Positions 1 to 14,119 of a stretch of 64,000 bases of DNA are shown here, one piece after another. The DNA lies in the sequence record MK250028.1. One strand, 5' to 3'. Below the pieces are notes generated by a model. It made no database searches, was not told where the DNA came from, and saw only the letters and a list, made by a program, of their open reading frames with translations. Each line of letters opens with the position of its first letter. The stretch's first letter is position 1. A program made the translations under genes and the position numbers.

Positions 1-630
1 AATAGTGCAACTGTTGATTCAAAAACAACACCTATGCCAATGTCAGCAAATCTTAATAATAAAATTGAGCAATCTGTTAAATGGACAAAAAAATATACAT
101 ATAATGCAGATACCTGTACATTTACAGAAAGTACATCTGGCACAGAAACAGTAAATACAAGTAAATTACCTTATATTACAAAAGATGTGAAATCAATGTC
201 TTATAATGGTACAACAACTATTGCACAAGCTGCAAGCGCTATCTAGGGATTCTTACCATATCAATACTTAAATACGTTAACAACAAGTAATGCAATAACT
301 TATTTAATGTGTTAGGCTACAGGTTATAAATATTCATCAAATAAAGAATTACCTGCATATACATAGGCATTCTCTGAACTTATACCATAGACAACAGAGG
401 CGGAAAAACCAGCGTCAACATAGAAATTCCCTATGTTTATTGATATTACTTTGAATAATACTACAATTACATTTAAATTGATAAGTGTTACTAACGTATT
501 TGATTCTGCATATTTGTTTACTCAGCGTACATATGGTACAGAAAATAGTGGATTAAACTATATGAAATTAGGATCTAATTCTTTATATGGTACATGGCAA
601 GCGTCATCAACAAATTTAAAGACTCTTTAA
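1..630 (+). CDS. Hypothetical protein, 5'-truncated by window edge (likely late/structural)
   Basis: ORFs 34..246 and 433..630 share a frame and are joined only through TAG codons; ends TAA at 628-630. Confidence 0.75.
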
Positions 631-656
631 TAAAAATATCAATCTAATATAATAAT

Positions 657-3600
657 ATGAAATATAATGGAACAGATAATATTATAACTGATAATGACAT
701 CCTTGTTACTTCCAGCGCTGGAAGTAACAAGGATCTTCATACAGTTATAGAAGAACAACAATATGACATTGATGAATTAAAATCAAATGTCAAATGGATT
801 TATAAATACGGTGGTGTCGGTGGTGTCGGTGGCTCCGGAAGTGGTTCTGTAAGTGCTGGAAAATGGTCTGCAGATGTATATATTAATGATGTGCCAGTAA
901 CTAATGGTTCTATAACTGATTTATCAAAAAAACTTATTAATGATATAGCTCCTATTACTGTCAAAGTTTCTATTAAAAACCCTTCTGCTGGTGGATATAA
1001 GTTTAAATTGGAATATGGATATGATGATGGTTCATTCCAAACATATCCTCAATCATTAACAACAGATAATAATTGTAGTGCAGAATTTAATCTTAAAATT
1101 TCAAAAAATTCACAATTAGTTATAAAAGTAACAGATATAGATAATAATTATAAACAGACGATATATAAGTACTATATTTATGGTTTAGATTATAAAATAA
1201 TTCCAATGACTTATAATAGTCAAGGTGTTTTATATGAACTTAAAGATTTTGATTATAAACCTAGTCAATTTCCAAATGGTGTTGTTTATAGATTATCAAT
1301 TAATAATTTCGCTGGATTTATAATTAATTATAATATTGTAAGTACTATTGATTGCAAAATTATATAGATTAATGAATAGAATTATAAACTATATAATACA
1401 GATAAAAATAATGGTTCATATTATGATAATGAAAATTTAAAAGGTTATTTACAATCAAATGATACTATAATTACATTAGATTATTTAATAACGCAAGATA
1501 CTTTGAAAAATGAACTTAACTTTGGTTCTCAAACATTCATGGCGTATATAGAAAGTATAAGTAATGGTATTTCAAATAAAAATGAAGTAAAATCAGAATA
1601 TTCTATTGTGCCTGATAGTAATCAATATGTTATATGTTTATCTGAATCTATTATGGGTAAAGTTTATGATGATAATACAAATATTAGCATAGTAGAAGCA
1701 CAAAAAAAAGGAAATGCGTTTAATGTAGGTGATTCCGTATCATTTAAATTAAGACCATTTAATTTCTCCTCTGATACAATTACAATTAATTATACATTAA
1801 TTAATACGGAAAATGATATTAATACTTCTAGTATTATAAATTTAAAAGCAGGACGTTATATATCTCAATCATTTAAAGTATATTCGGGATGGAATAAGTT
1901 AATAATTAATACTAATATTGTAAAATATTATTATGGTGTAAAAATTTCAGCTTCTGTAAACTGGTATAATCAAAACGGTGAAAATAATTCAAAGGCAAAG
2001 AATCTAGATTTATCTTATGTTCGTTTTTATAATAGTATATCAGATAATATGAAAAATGAAACCAATTTTAAATAGATATATGTCAATAACTATTTAGAAT
2101 TAAATACTAATATAAATGCATAGGATAAAGTTATTAATTTATATAATAATAAAACGATAAATACAGCTACAAAAGTAGATACTCACTTTGCATTTAGTAT
2201 TCAATTCTCAGGGGCTAATAATACAGATGATACTATTTTTGAATTAAAAAATGAAAAGAAAGATATATTATTTTCTGTAACATAGAGTTCTATTAAATGT
2301 AATTAGTTTACTAGTAATAATGATATAAAAATATATATACCAAAAGAAAATAATTATACACCATCTGATGCAACTAAATATCATTTAGTTGATATTTATA
2401 TTAAAAAAACAGATCCATATACATTAACAAAAACAGTTAATAATACAAATTCTGTTGATATGCAATATTATTTAAATGATTTAGCAGATGATATAGACGT
2501 TTCTAATTCTAAAAAAGAACCTCAATATTATATTGAAGTATATATTGATGGTATTACAGATGGTGTTACTAAATATTTTGTATCAACATATCCAAATATA
2601 TGTTATTTATGTTTAAAAAATATAAATGTATCATATAACTTATTTGAATTAGGTAAATTTAATAATGAATCATTAAAATTTAATGATATTGATGCAGATT
2701 TATATTATTACACATATAAGTATATATTAACTAAAGGAAGTGGTGTTACAAAAAATAATATAGACTTAATATATAACTTATCATCATTAGATTATAGTGC
2801 ATCAATTTCTCCTGATTTAACACAATAGTTGATATTAAGAAAGCATAATCAAATATGTATATCAAAAGAATATTTAGATCAGTTAAAAAAAATGTTAGAT
2901 GTGCCTATTTATATAATAAATGTTGCACATACACGAGAGAATGATAATATTACATCTATTTTTTAGTGGTTAAATGGAACGTATCAAGAGAATGATAATA
3001 TTACTGCATGGCCTGTTCAAACGATAAGTGTTCAAGGAAAACATAAAACAGGTATTACGTATGTCGCTCCAGATGATACAGTAGGTATAGAAGTTGAGTT
3101 TCCTGATGACGATGCATATACATAGGCATTGTTTAATATAAATATTCAAGGTTCATCAACTAGACAAAATCATGGTAAAAACTTAGATTTAATCTTGGTT
3201 AATAAAGATACAGATACTCATAATAAATTATTATATTCTCCTAATTTTGATGAAAATGATTCAAATACATATTTACCAGAATCTAAATTTACATTAAAAG
3301 CAGATATTGTAGACTCAGCACATTCTAATAATACTGTAATGGGTAAATTTATTAATCAGAATACATAGAAATTTGATACAGCATCAAATGGACAATATAA
3401 AAGTTATATTAAAAACTGTTTGGAAGGATTTCCATGCATAATTATATTAAATGTTGATTATGAAGTTTCGGGTTCATCTTCTGAATATTATTTCATGGGT
3501 TTATATAACTTTAACTTAGGTCGTGGTTCATATTCAAATTTAGGATATGTTAATAATTCTATATTTGATAAACAATTATCATCTGTAACAGCACTTAAAC

Positions 3601-6600
3601 CATTTGAATTTTTTAAAACAACAACAGATGAATATGAATTGAGAACTGATTTTGGATGCGCAGAAATAACAGGTAATAATCATAAATTTGATTTTTCACA
3701 ATGGGATGATACTATATTATATCCATTTGAAAATGAAAATGGTAATACATATATGTGGGATGATATAGTAACCAGTTAGGAAGGTGCATTTAAAATCGCA
3801 TTAAAATATTTCGTAAGAGATATTGCTATTTCTGGAGGTTATATATTTGATTATTTAGGTAAAGAAGCGATAGACCATAAAAAATGGGATGCAGATGGTG
3901 GATGGAACCATATTGGCGGTGTTCCTGATGTCAGTAAACAATATAAGCGTACATCAGATGATACTACTGTATCATATTATGATCCTACCATTAAAGTACC
4001 AGAAAAATCTAAATGGCAAACTATATTCCAACGTACAATGTAGGATGGTTTTGAATATAATGGAGATATATCATATTCTCGATTAGATTATACATCCGCT
4101 GTAGAATATTACACAATTTGTATGGCATTTGGTTTGGTAGACTCTGTATAGAAAAATTTAAATGTTCGTACTTGGACATTAAATAAAACAAATAGAAAGG
4201 AAACAGATCCAGAAGAAAAAGATTTAACACGTTCTAAATTCTATATATCATTCTACGATATGGATACATGTTTGGGTATCGATAATAACTCTAATGATAC
4301 AACAACTTTCTGTTTTTCTGATTATTGGGAATCAACTGATACTGAATAGAATGGTGTACATATTATTTCATCTATTAATCAATACAGAGATTATTTTTCT
4401 GAAAAATATACAATTACTGATGCTTCTACAGGTATAAAATCTGGTGAAATTGGATACGATATACCATCATCATTCTTATTTGGTGTCGCAAAATATGGTA
4501 CAGAAGTATTTAACACAGATGAACTTTTAAAATTAGATTATCTTGAATATCCAACACCTACATTATTATGGATAAGATATAGAGCAGGAAATACAACAGC
4601 ATATGATAAACCTGGTACAGGATCTTTATAGAATGCACAATATTTCATGGATACTTATTATAAAAAACATATGGAAGGTGTGTCTGAATTAGTATTCAAT
4701 TTAAATTATAAAGTTAAATATCTTGCATATAATATATAGGAAAAATGGGAATTTGATTCAACAAAGAAGAATACCTTTATAGGAACATATACAATAAATA
4801 ATAAAATTAATTATTCTTCAGGTTTCCATAATGATATACAAAAATTTAGAGGTCGTTCTATATATCGTGTATATGATTGGTTAAATTCTAGATTACATAT
4901 ATTAGATGCATATTTTAATTTACAAGATTCACGAGAACTTTTATCTGTATCTGAAATAGAAAAATAGCATCAAACAAATAAAAATACCACTAATACAGAA
5001 CTTGTTCAATTACGTTTATCTGGCAATAACTTGGATGACAGTGTAAAAACTATAGTATCATTATTAAATACTTCTAATGATATTAACATTAAGAGTCAAA
5101 TATTTAAATCTAGCACAACAGATAATCCAAAAATTAATTTTCCATCAAATCCTATAACGTTACAAGTTAAAGCTCAAAATTATTCACCAATAATGTTTGA
5201 TGTCGGTGGTACAATTCAAGGTAAATATTTATTACGTTCATCTGCAAATACGTATTAGATAACATTTAGCGGTTCCGGCAATATAGCATTTGCACTTTAT
5301 GGTTCAAATTAGATAACATATTTAAGTAATGTTACTTGGTATACACCAACATCAATGATAATTGAATCTTCAAATCTTACAAATATTTATGGAAATAATC
5401 CTACATATAATGTAAGTGTTAATAAATTAATGTCTCCTGCATTATAGAAAATTGAATTAATGGGTTATAATTATACGGGTTCATTAGAATTATCAGATAT
5501 ATCTACATATTCAAATTTAAATTTAATTAATATATCAAATACAGGAATAAATTTAAAGGCGACAGATATTAATGTATCAACAATAAATGTATCTGGTGTT
5601 TCTGCTACAAAATGTGAAATTTCAAGATGTAATAAATTATCATCTTTAAAATTAAGTGAATTAAAAGTAACAGATGAATTTTTATTAACTGTTAATTATT
5701 CAAGTAATGTATTATTTAATGAAATTGAAGCAAAACGATTCTCAGTTTCTTGCTCAGTTGTAAATTAGAATAATACAATAGTTATTGATGGCTCACGTGG
5801 TAAATTTTAGACGCTTGAAGAATTAACTATCTCTGGTTTTGCAAAAGTATAGATTTATTCTTGTCCAAAATTGTAGAAAGTTACTATTAGTGAAATTACG
5901 TCTGGAGATGATGCAAAAGATATATATTTGAAAGAACTTGCTATTATTAATTGTTGTACAGATAAATTATGTACAGAATTTAATGTACTTTCATCTACAT
6001 CATCAAGTTAGGATAAAACATTAGATTTATATTCATTTAAGAAATTATCTAGAATATGCTTCTATGGAACATAGAATTTTGAACAAGCAATTTTACCAGA
6101 AACATTAAATTTGCAAGGTAGTGAATTTGGTAATTGTAAATCATTGAAATATGTAGATATTAAAACAAGTATTGGTACAAAAGCAAGTAAAATTACTATC
6201 AATGGATATGATAAATATGTATTATCTTCATCAGCTAAAAGTACTAGAGGATTAACATTTATTACATATACTGCACCAAATGTAGGATGTTTCTATAACT
6301 GTTATGAATTTAAGATGGAACGTACTGTAAATGATAGTTCAGTTGTACCTATTCGCGTAAGTAATTCCGTAAAATCTTTGGAATACTTATTTGGACTTGA
6401 TTCTCATAATAGTAATATAAATTTAGCAAAAATCTCGAATTTTATAGATAATATTTCTATAAGTAATAGTATTACATCTATTAATTATATGTGTATGAAT
6501 CAAGATGGCATTAAATTATCAAAGGAACAATTTGTCGCAGATGGACCAGATAAAGCAACCTTACACTTAGGTACATTTGGTAAATTATCTAGTGGTAATC

Positions 6601-9347
6601 TTGTAGATGCATTTTATATTAATACGATATATATTAATAAATGGATATGGTATGATAAAGATAAAAAACAAATAATCAGTTGTAATAATATTAATAGATT
6701 ATTTGGTCAAGGTTCAAAGAATTTATATATGACAATAGATTGTTTATATCCTATACTGAATAAGATCTAGTATTTAATTGGAATTACTACTTGGCAGACG
6801 ATAATATATCCTATATATTCAGGCTCTTCATAGAAATTTGATGTATATACAATTCTTACAGATGAAAAGAAAACAGAAACTTCATGGAAGGATAAAACAA
6901 CATATACAAAATCTTATACATTTAATGGTACTATTGGTAATTTGATTACGAATCAAGTTGTTCCTGCTCGTGCCATATTTGTTAATGAAACAGGTGCTTC
7001 TCATACAGTAGATTCTCAAGATAATACAGGTGCAATATATCCTACTGCAATGACAAGATTCAGCGGTATTTCATTCTGTGCATCTAATGTACAATGGGAT
7101 TTATATGGATTATTTAGTAAGAAATGGAAATTATAGTATATAGATTTTTTCCAAACATTTGGATTCTCTACAGTAACAGAATATGAAGATTTATTTAATG
7201 CTAAATTTATGCCATCAACATTAATAGATATTAAACATAGTTTAAATACATCATTCAACACATCTGTAGATTATACAAGATTCTTAGATTTTAACACATT
7301 AATTACTAATTATAATAATTCAGTTCCATCAAATGCAATGTTTAATTACGAAAATGGAGATTCTCTTAATTATGCTACAGGATTAACATTTACTAAACAT
7401 ATTAGCAGTGATACATTTAAAGAATGGATGGTATATATATTTAAAGCAAATAATGCTCAAGGTATAACTAACTTATTCAGAAACTGTAATATATTAGTAA
7501 GTCAAGCAGAAGCAAATAATAAATGTGATTTCAGTATAGAAACGATATTTAGCGATTATGGCGAAAATCTCGTAATAAATTAGAAAATACATAATATATA
7601 TTGTTTGTTCTATAATTTACATTGTTATATTAAAGATAAGTATGATATAACTAAAACTAGTTAGTCTGCTGAAGTATAGTATATGACATTTGGTACAGAT
7701 ATGTTTAAATACCTTCCAAATATAACTACTGTTTCATCAGCGTTTACAAATAACTATTGGAATGACCCTATACCATTTAATGTATTTAATAAACGTTATA
7801 AATGTGATGATACATATTATTATCTTGAATTCTTTGAAGGTACTGATATATTAGTAACTGATGAGAATAAAGGTCTTAATGAATATAAAGATAAAAAGAA
7901 AATAAGAAAGAAGATAAAATATGTTTCATATAGTTATAAATAGGTAATGAATTAGGTTAATTCATGTTTCGCTAATATTCATTTTAATCCTGCTTATATT
8001 TCTAACAGATATACTGAAGGTTCTGATATTATTAAAGAAGCAGGTATTAATTATTATCAATTTATAAATGATGATAACACTGTTATAAATGATGATGAGA
8101 AAATATATATTTCTGAAAAAATAAAAGTATTATTACGTTCTACTGGTAATAATAGTGATTATATATACCCATCATATGAATATTATGATACATTAAATTT
8201 GCATGGTGCATTCTATGAAGGTAATTTTGAAAAAGCCGGCACATCTACTGGTGTTACTAATGTAACGTCTTCTATTCAAAAAGCGCCATTAACAAAGTCT
8301 GTATCTGAATATTTAGAATCACTTATAGTTGCGCCAGATTTATTATATGGATGTCAATCATCTGCATCAATATAGGGTATAGTTTCTCAATATGGTGTAT
8401 CGAAAGATATGTTAACTGGTATTTTACCTGCTCATTTCTATAAGCAAATGAAAACATTAGTAGGTGGTACATATGAAGTGTTTACTGGATGTCTTGTAAT
8501 ACCAAATTATGTTGGTACATATGTAAATTATGATTCTAACGGAACATTGAAACTTCGTTATAACATATATACATTTATACCAGAAGAATTTGTAAATTCT
8601 GATATGAATAATTTATAGAATATGTTTAGATTCTATATACATTGGCCAAAACAAGGTCAAACAGAATCAGGCGTGCAAACATATGATTTTTATGTATTAT
8701 CTACAAGCAATTCATTTGGAAGTAATATAACGTCATTAAATAATGCATTCCCTGTTTCATCAGTTGTTTCATATCAATCATATGGAACTATATCAATAAA
8801 TTATCAAACAGCTAACAGATCAATTCACTATAATTTACAATGTACATATTAGACTCAATCTTATGAAGCATCAAAGAAATCAGAGATATTTGGAACACTT
8901 AATTATGATAATTTGAGATATATATCAGTGTTTGATACAGGCCTTAATATGGAAATATATAAGTCATTAAATGTAACTAATTTAATAACAAGTATAAACT
9001 TATTATATGGTTACTATGGATATATATTTAACTCTTCATATGATACAAGAAATATAATATTAACAACAAATTCAGAAAATAAAAAATATTATTGTATTAA
9101 TGTAAGTGCAAATTATCAATGGCAATCTAATTAGTTATCATGTAATATAATATTCCCTATATGTTCTAACACATCAGAAACAACAAGAAGATTATTATAT
9201 TTCTATGATATTCCATAGAATGCTAAATTTAATACTAACATAAGTATGTTTTCAACTTCAGAAAATAGAGAATATTATAAAAATATGTTTGATAGTATGT
9301 TTACATTCAATGATAATGAAAAATATAGTTATGCTACATATGAATAA
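657..9347 (+). CDS. Giant 2896-aa virion-associated protein with CotH-like kinase domain (~3120-4920) and C-terminal leucine-rich repeats
   Basis: Fourteen track ORFs in one frame; I translated the gaps and found only TAG until TAA at 9345-9347. Kinase motifs IQGSST..HGKN, DIVDSAHSNN, LEGFP, YFMGLYNFNLGR, AFGLVDSVQKN, FYDMDTCLGIDN, WLNSRLHILDAYF; LRR-like units such as YSNLNLINIS, CNKLSSLKL, CPKLQKVTI. Confidence 0.85.
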
Positions 9348-9370
9348 TAATATTTTTATGAATATAATTA

Positions 9371-9403
9371 AGAGAGATATAGATATACTATATCTCTCTT
9401 TTT
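9371..9403 (+). terminator. Intrinsic terminator
   Basis: Stem AGAGAGATATAG/CTATATCTCTCT followed by a T run, after the stop at 9347. Confidence 0.8.
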
Positions 9404-9409
9404 ATCTAA

Positions 9410-9430
9410 AAATAAATATAAAAAGAATTT
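9410..9430 (+). promoter_or_regulatory. Putative late promoter (ATAAATA core)
   Basis: AATAAATATAAAAAGAA shared with 15844-15860 and with 29312-29336 on the minus strand; resembles T4 late TATAAATA. Confidence 0.55.
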
Positions 9431-9442
9431 TTATGAATATAA

Positions 9443-12400
9443 ATGGATAATAAATGTTCAAGACCTGCTTTGATCCATAGCTTTAATCCTAAACCATTCA
9501 AAGATATTGATACAGCCATTTTCGCGCTTAATAAGAAAGATTTAGCAACAGGTGAAATAGCTATAGCATATTATAAGGATGTTGATGAAACGAGAGGAAT
9601 CGGGGCAGTAATCGCAACTGGTAATATTTTACCAGGTGGAAATCAAATATTCAAGAATACTGCATATACTGATAAACTTATAAAAGTTGTAAAAGAATCT
9701 ATTGAATCTAACTCTGTTGATATAAGTGTAATCGAAGAAAATGTAAATAATAACATTGCAGATATTGCATTAATTAAGGAACAACTTAAATCGTTGTCTA
9801 TTGATTCAAGTAATAATCAATCTTCCGTTGATAATAAGATGAATGAAATCAATGAAATCATCAGTAAAATGAAAGAAGATATGAATAATATCATAGATAA
9901 TATTCATAAAGTTGTTGCTGATGCATCATAGTCTCTCACTGATTCTACAGATACTATATATACCGATTTCAAAGGAGCAGACACTTCTTTAAAAAACTAT
10001 ATAGATGATGAAAACTTAAAAATTTCTCAAAAAATTGATGATATTTCATTAAAAAATGTAGAAAATAAGCAAGAATTATTAGATAAAATTAATTCCAATA
10101 CATCTATACTCGAAACTACAATTTATGATGTTTCAACATAGTTGACTGATGACATTTCTATATTAAACAATAAGGTAGAAACTTATAATAATGACTTAAA
10201 TACATCTTTAACTTATAATGTATCTACATTAAAATCTCTTATATCAGATAATAAGAATTATGTTGATAAAAGAGAAAATCTTATCAGAGAATATATTGAT
10301 TAGAAAGATAATCAATTAATATGGCTAATAGGTGATACTTCTAAACATATTCATTTCCGTATAGATAAAGAAGTTCATGACTTAAATGATAGAATTACAT
10401 CTGAACACCTTGATATGAATAAAGTTGTTGCAGATAATAAAACCGATTCAAAACGCTATACAGATTAGGAAATATCATTAGCTAAAGATTATGTGGATGA
10501 ACAAACTGAATATCTTAAATCAAATATATCTCAAACTGAGTTAAACTCAAAGAAATATACAGATGAATCTATTACTTCATTAAATAATAAGTTATCAGAA
10601 TCAATTAAGAATACGTCTATATATGCAAAAGATTTATTTGATAACTCTAATGAATATGCAGATAAATTAAATAATTCATAGAAAGTTTATATTGATGATG
10701 AACTTAGAATGCAAGATGAACGTTTAGTTGACAATATAAATTCTGTAAAAGATACTATTAATACAACAAAATCTGAATTAAATGTTTCTATTAATAAATC
10801 ATATGATAATGCAGTAAAATATACAAATAAAGTACATCAAGAGACTTTACAACTTATTAAAGAATATGATAATAAAGTAAGATAGGATTTTTCTGAAGCA
10901 GATATTAAGTTAGACAATAAGATTAATGACACTTCTACATTAATTTGGAATTATATAGGCAATACATCTGATGCTATTGTTCAATTTGTTAAAGATACAT
11001 CCAAATTAAATTGGGATCATACAAATGATACATCCGATGCTATTGTTAAATATATTAATGATACATCTGACGCTATTGTTAAATATATAAATGATACTTC
11101 CGATGCTATTATTCAATATGTAGATTAGCAAGATCAATTATAGAAAAATTATACTGACAAAGAAGTATCTACTTTGAAATCATATGTAGATACAGAAAAC
11201 GCTTCTATTATTGCTTATGTTGATAATCAAGATGATAAAGTATTGAGCGAAGCCTCAATTTATACAGATGGTAAAATTCAGGAAGTAAATAATACTATCC
11301 ATGATCTTGATGAAAAGGTAGAAGATTATAATAGAAATACAAATAAGTTACTTGATGATGTTTCTGAAGGTATTATAAGAGATTATACAACTGCAATTAA
11401 TAATCTTAATCAAGATGTTTCCAGAAATGATACATGGTTATATAACCATATTGAAAAATATAATACAAATTTATCTACTGCAATTACAACTAATGATTCA
11501 GATACTAAAAAATTAATTAAAGATGTTTCTGATCTTCTTGATTAGAAAATTGAAGATACATCAGATATTCTTCAAGGTGTAATAGATGCGTTGAAAATGC
11601 AACATAATACTGATATTACAACGACAAATACTTCTATTATGTCTTATGTTAATAATTATAATACTAGTACATCAGAAATGATTAAAGCAATGAACACTAG
11701 TATTAATACATATTGGGAAAATGCCGATGAGACTATCGAAAATTTACTTACTAATGTTTCTAATGGTATTCTTCAAAAAGTTAATAATATACAAAAAGAT
11801 TTATCTACTTATATTCAAACAGCCGAATCTACTTTAAAATCATTATATGAACAAGCAGATGACGGACTTCTTGGATATATTAATAGTTAGGACGCAAAAC
11901 TTAATAGTAGTATAAATGATATTTCAACAAAGATTGTAAATAAATTTAATAATGATATTAGTATATTAAATGATAAAGTTGATACTAATTTATCTAATTT
12001 AAATACATCTATTAATAGTGTTCATGATATATTATTTAGGAAAATTGAAGATACATCTACTGAAATTGTAACGGCTTTGAATACATCTATTAGTAATATT
12101 AATCAAAAGCTTACTACTAATGTAACTGAAATTTATGATAAGATAGATGACGTTAAAGATGATATTTTTGAAAAACTTAATGTATCTATTAATGGTATCA
12201 ATAAAATATTAACTGATAAAGATACAGCATTAGATAATAAGATTGATAATAAGTATACAACTATTATTAATGCAATGAATACATCTGATGGTATTTTAAA
12301 TGATCGTATTATTAATTTAGAAACAAAACATACAAATGAATTAGATAATGCGGTTAAAACGTTAAATAAATTAGTTTCTGATACAAAGACAGAATTATCA

Positions 12401-14020
12401 GGTGACGATACAGCAAATAAAACAGAATTAATAACAAAATATGATAAGTTGACTTCTGATAATAAGCAAGCTATATCTGATTTGAAAAAAGAATTAATCA
12501 ATGTATCTAATGGTATCATTACAGATTATAAGAAATTATCTAAAGATACATCTACAATGTTAGATAATAAGATTGAAGATATTTCTACTAAGATTGTAAC
12601 TGCATTGAATACATCTATCAGTAATGTATATGATGAATTAACTGGAAACATTTCAACATTATCAATAACTGTAAAAGATACATCAGAAAATATTGTTAAT
12701 AAATTAAATACATCTATTAATAAAGTATTCAGTGATTTATCAAAAGCAGATACATCTTTATCTACACGTATTGATGATGCAAGTAATTTAATTCCTAAAC
12801 CATAGACAGATGCAATTACTACAGTTGATTCACAGAAATATGTATGGAGTAACGGTAATGTAGCATCTGAAAAATGTGTTGTTGGCGCAGGTTAGACAAA
12901 TATTGTAGTAAAAGATAATAAGGTACAGTTTGTATTAGGTGCATGGAATAATGGTGCAATAGGTTTACGTTTTACAGAAATACCAGAAACAAATACAGTT
13001 GCAAATGGTCTTTTATCTGTTGATTCTAAATTGAAGTATGATAATTACGCTAATTAGATTACTACTATTAATTCAGATATTGCAAAGACAAATACTAATT
13101 TGACTTAGGAAATTAAAGATAGAACCAATGCAGATGATTCGTTATAGTTAAAGATTACTACTATTAATGAAACTACAATACCTAATTTACATGAAGCAAT
13201 ATTAACAGAAATTTACAATAAGTATGATCCTGAAATTAACTCTATAAAAAAATCAATCAATACAACGTCTACTACATTACAAACTAATATTGATAATTTA
13301 AGAAAAAATGTATCTACTGAAGCAAAATCTAATCTTGATAAGTTAAATACTAGTATCAATAATAATGTATATACACCGTTGAAAAACTTAATTACTGGTG
13401 AAATTAGTAGAGTTGAAACTGATTATAAAAATGCAGATAGTACATTAAAAAAAGCTATAGAACTTATTAATAATACAACTATTGATTCTAAAGTTAATTC
13501 ACTTAAATCTGAATTAACAAAGAAGTATGATAATGAAATTAGCACAGTAAAAAATACTATTACTAATAATCAGGATAATATTATCAATACATAGTTACCT
13601 AATCTTAAGACAACAATAGAAACAGATTATAATAAGAAGTTTGAAACAGAATCAAATGAGCGTAAGACCACTGATTCATAGTTAAGAACTGATATTGAAT
13701 TGTTAAGTACGAAAGTAGATGGTATTAATACTAATATTGGTGATAACAATACTAATGTTACTAATTTACAAACAACAATTAAAGAACTTCAAGCAACTAT
13801 TATTGAGTTGAATTCACGTATATTAGCAGTTGAAGCATACGGAACAACAAATGTCGATTTTGCAAAACGTATTGAGACGCTTGAATCTAAATACAATAAG
13901 ATCACAGCAATTGAAAGTGATATTACTGGTATTAAAGAGCGACTTGATAATATTGACACTGAACATGAAGAATTATATTCAGGTGTTTAGGATTATAATG
14001 ATTCTATTAATATTAGCTGA
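9443..14020 (+). CDS. Long coiled-coil fibre-like protein A (1525 aa)
   Basis: Seven in-frame track ORFs joined through TAG; ends TGA at 14018-14020; N-terminal GEIAIAYY.D domain shared with the next two genes; coiled-coil character with [DN]xS repeats. Confidence 0.8.
10925..11122 (+). repeat. 33-bp / 11-residue tandem repeat, 6 units (NDTSDAIVKYI type)
   Basis: NDTSTLIWNYI GNTSDAIVQFV KDTSKLNWDHT NDTSDAIVKYI NDTSDAIVKYI NDTSDAIIQYV. Confidence 0.9.
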
Positions 14021-14035
14021 TAATATAAATATATA

Positions 14036-14080
14036 GAAATATGGTGATATAGAAAATAAAAATCTATATCACCATTTTCT
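14036..14080 (+). terminator. Intrinsic terminator
   Basis: Stem ATGGTGATATAGA/TCTATATCACCAT followed by TTT. Confidence 0.8.
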
Positions 14081-14119
14081 ATTTTAGATAAATATTTAAA
14101 ATATAAAGATTTAATATAT

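Noticed and set aside
3889-4230. Track ORFs 3889..4086 (+) and 4021..4230 (-)
   Set aside because: Off-frame to the kinase domain, whose motifs lie in the TAG-containing frame.
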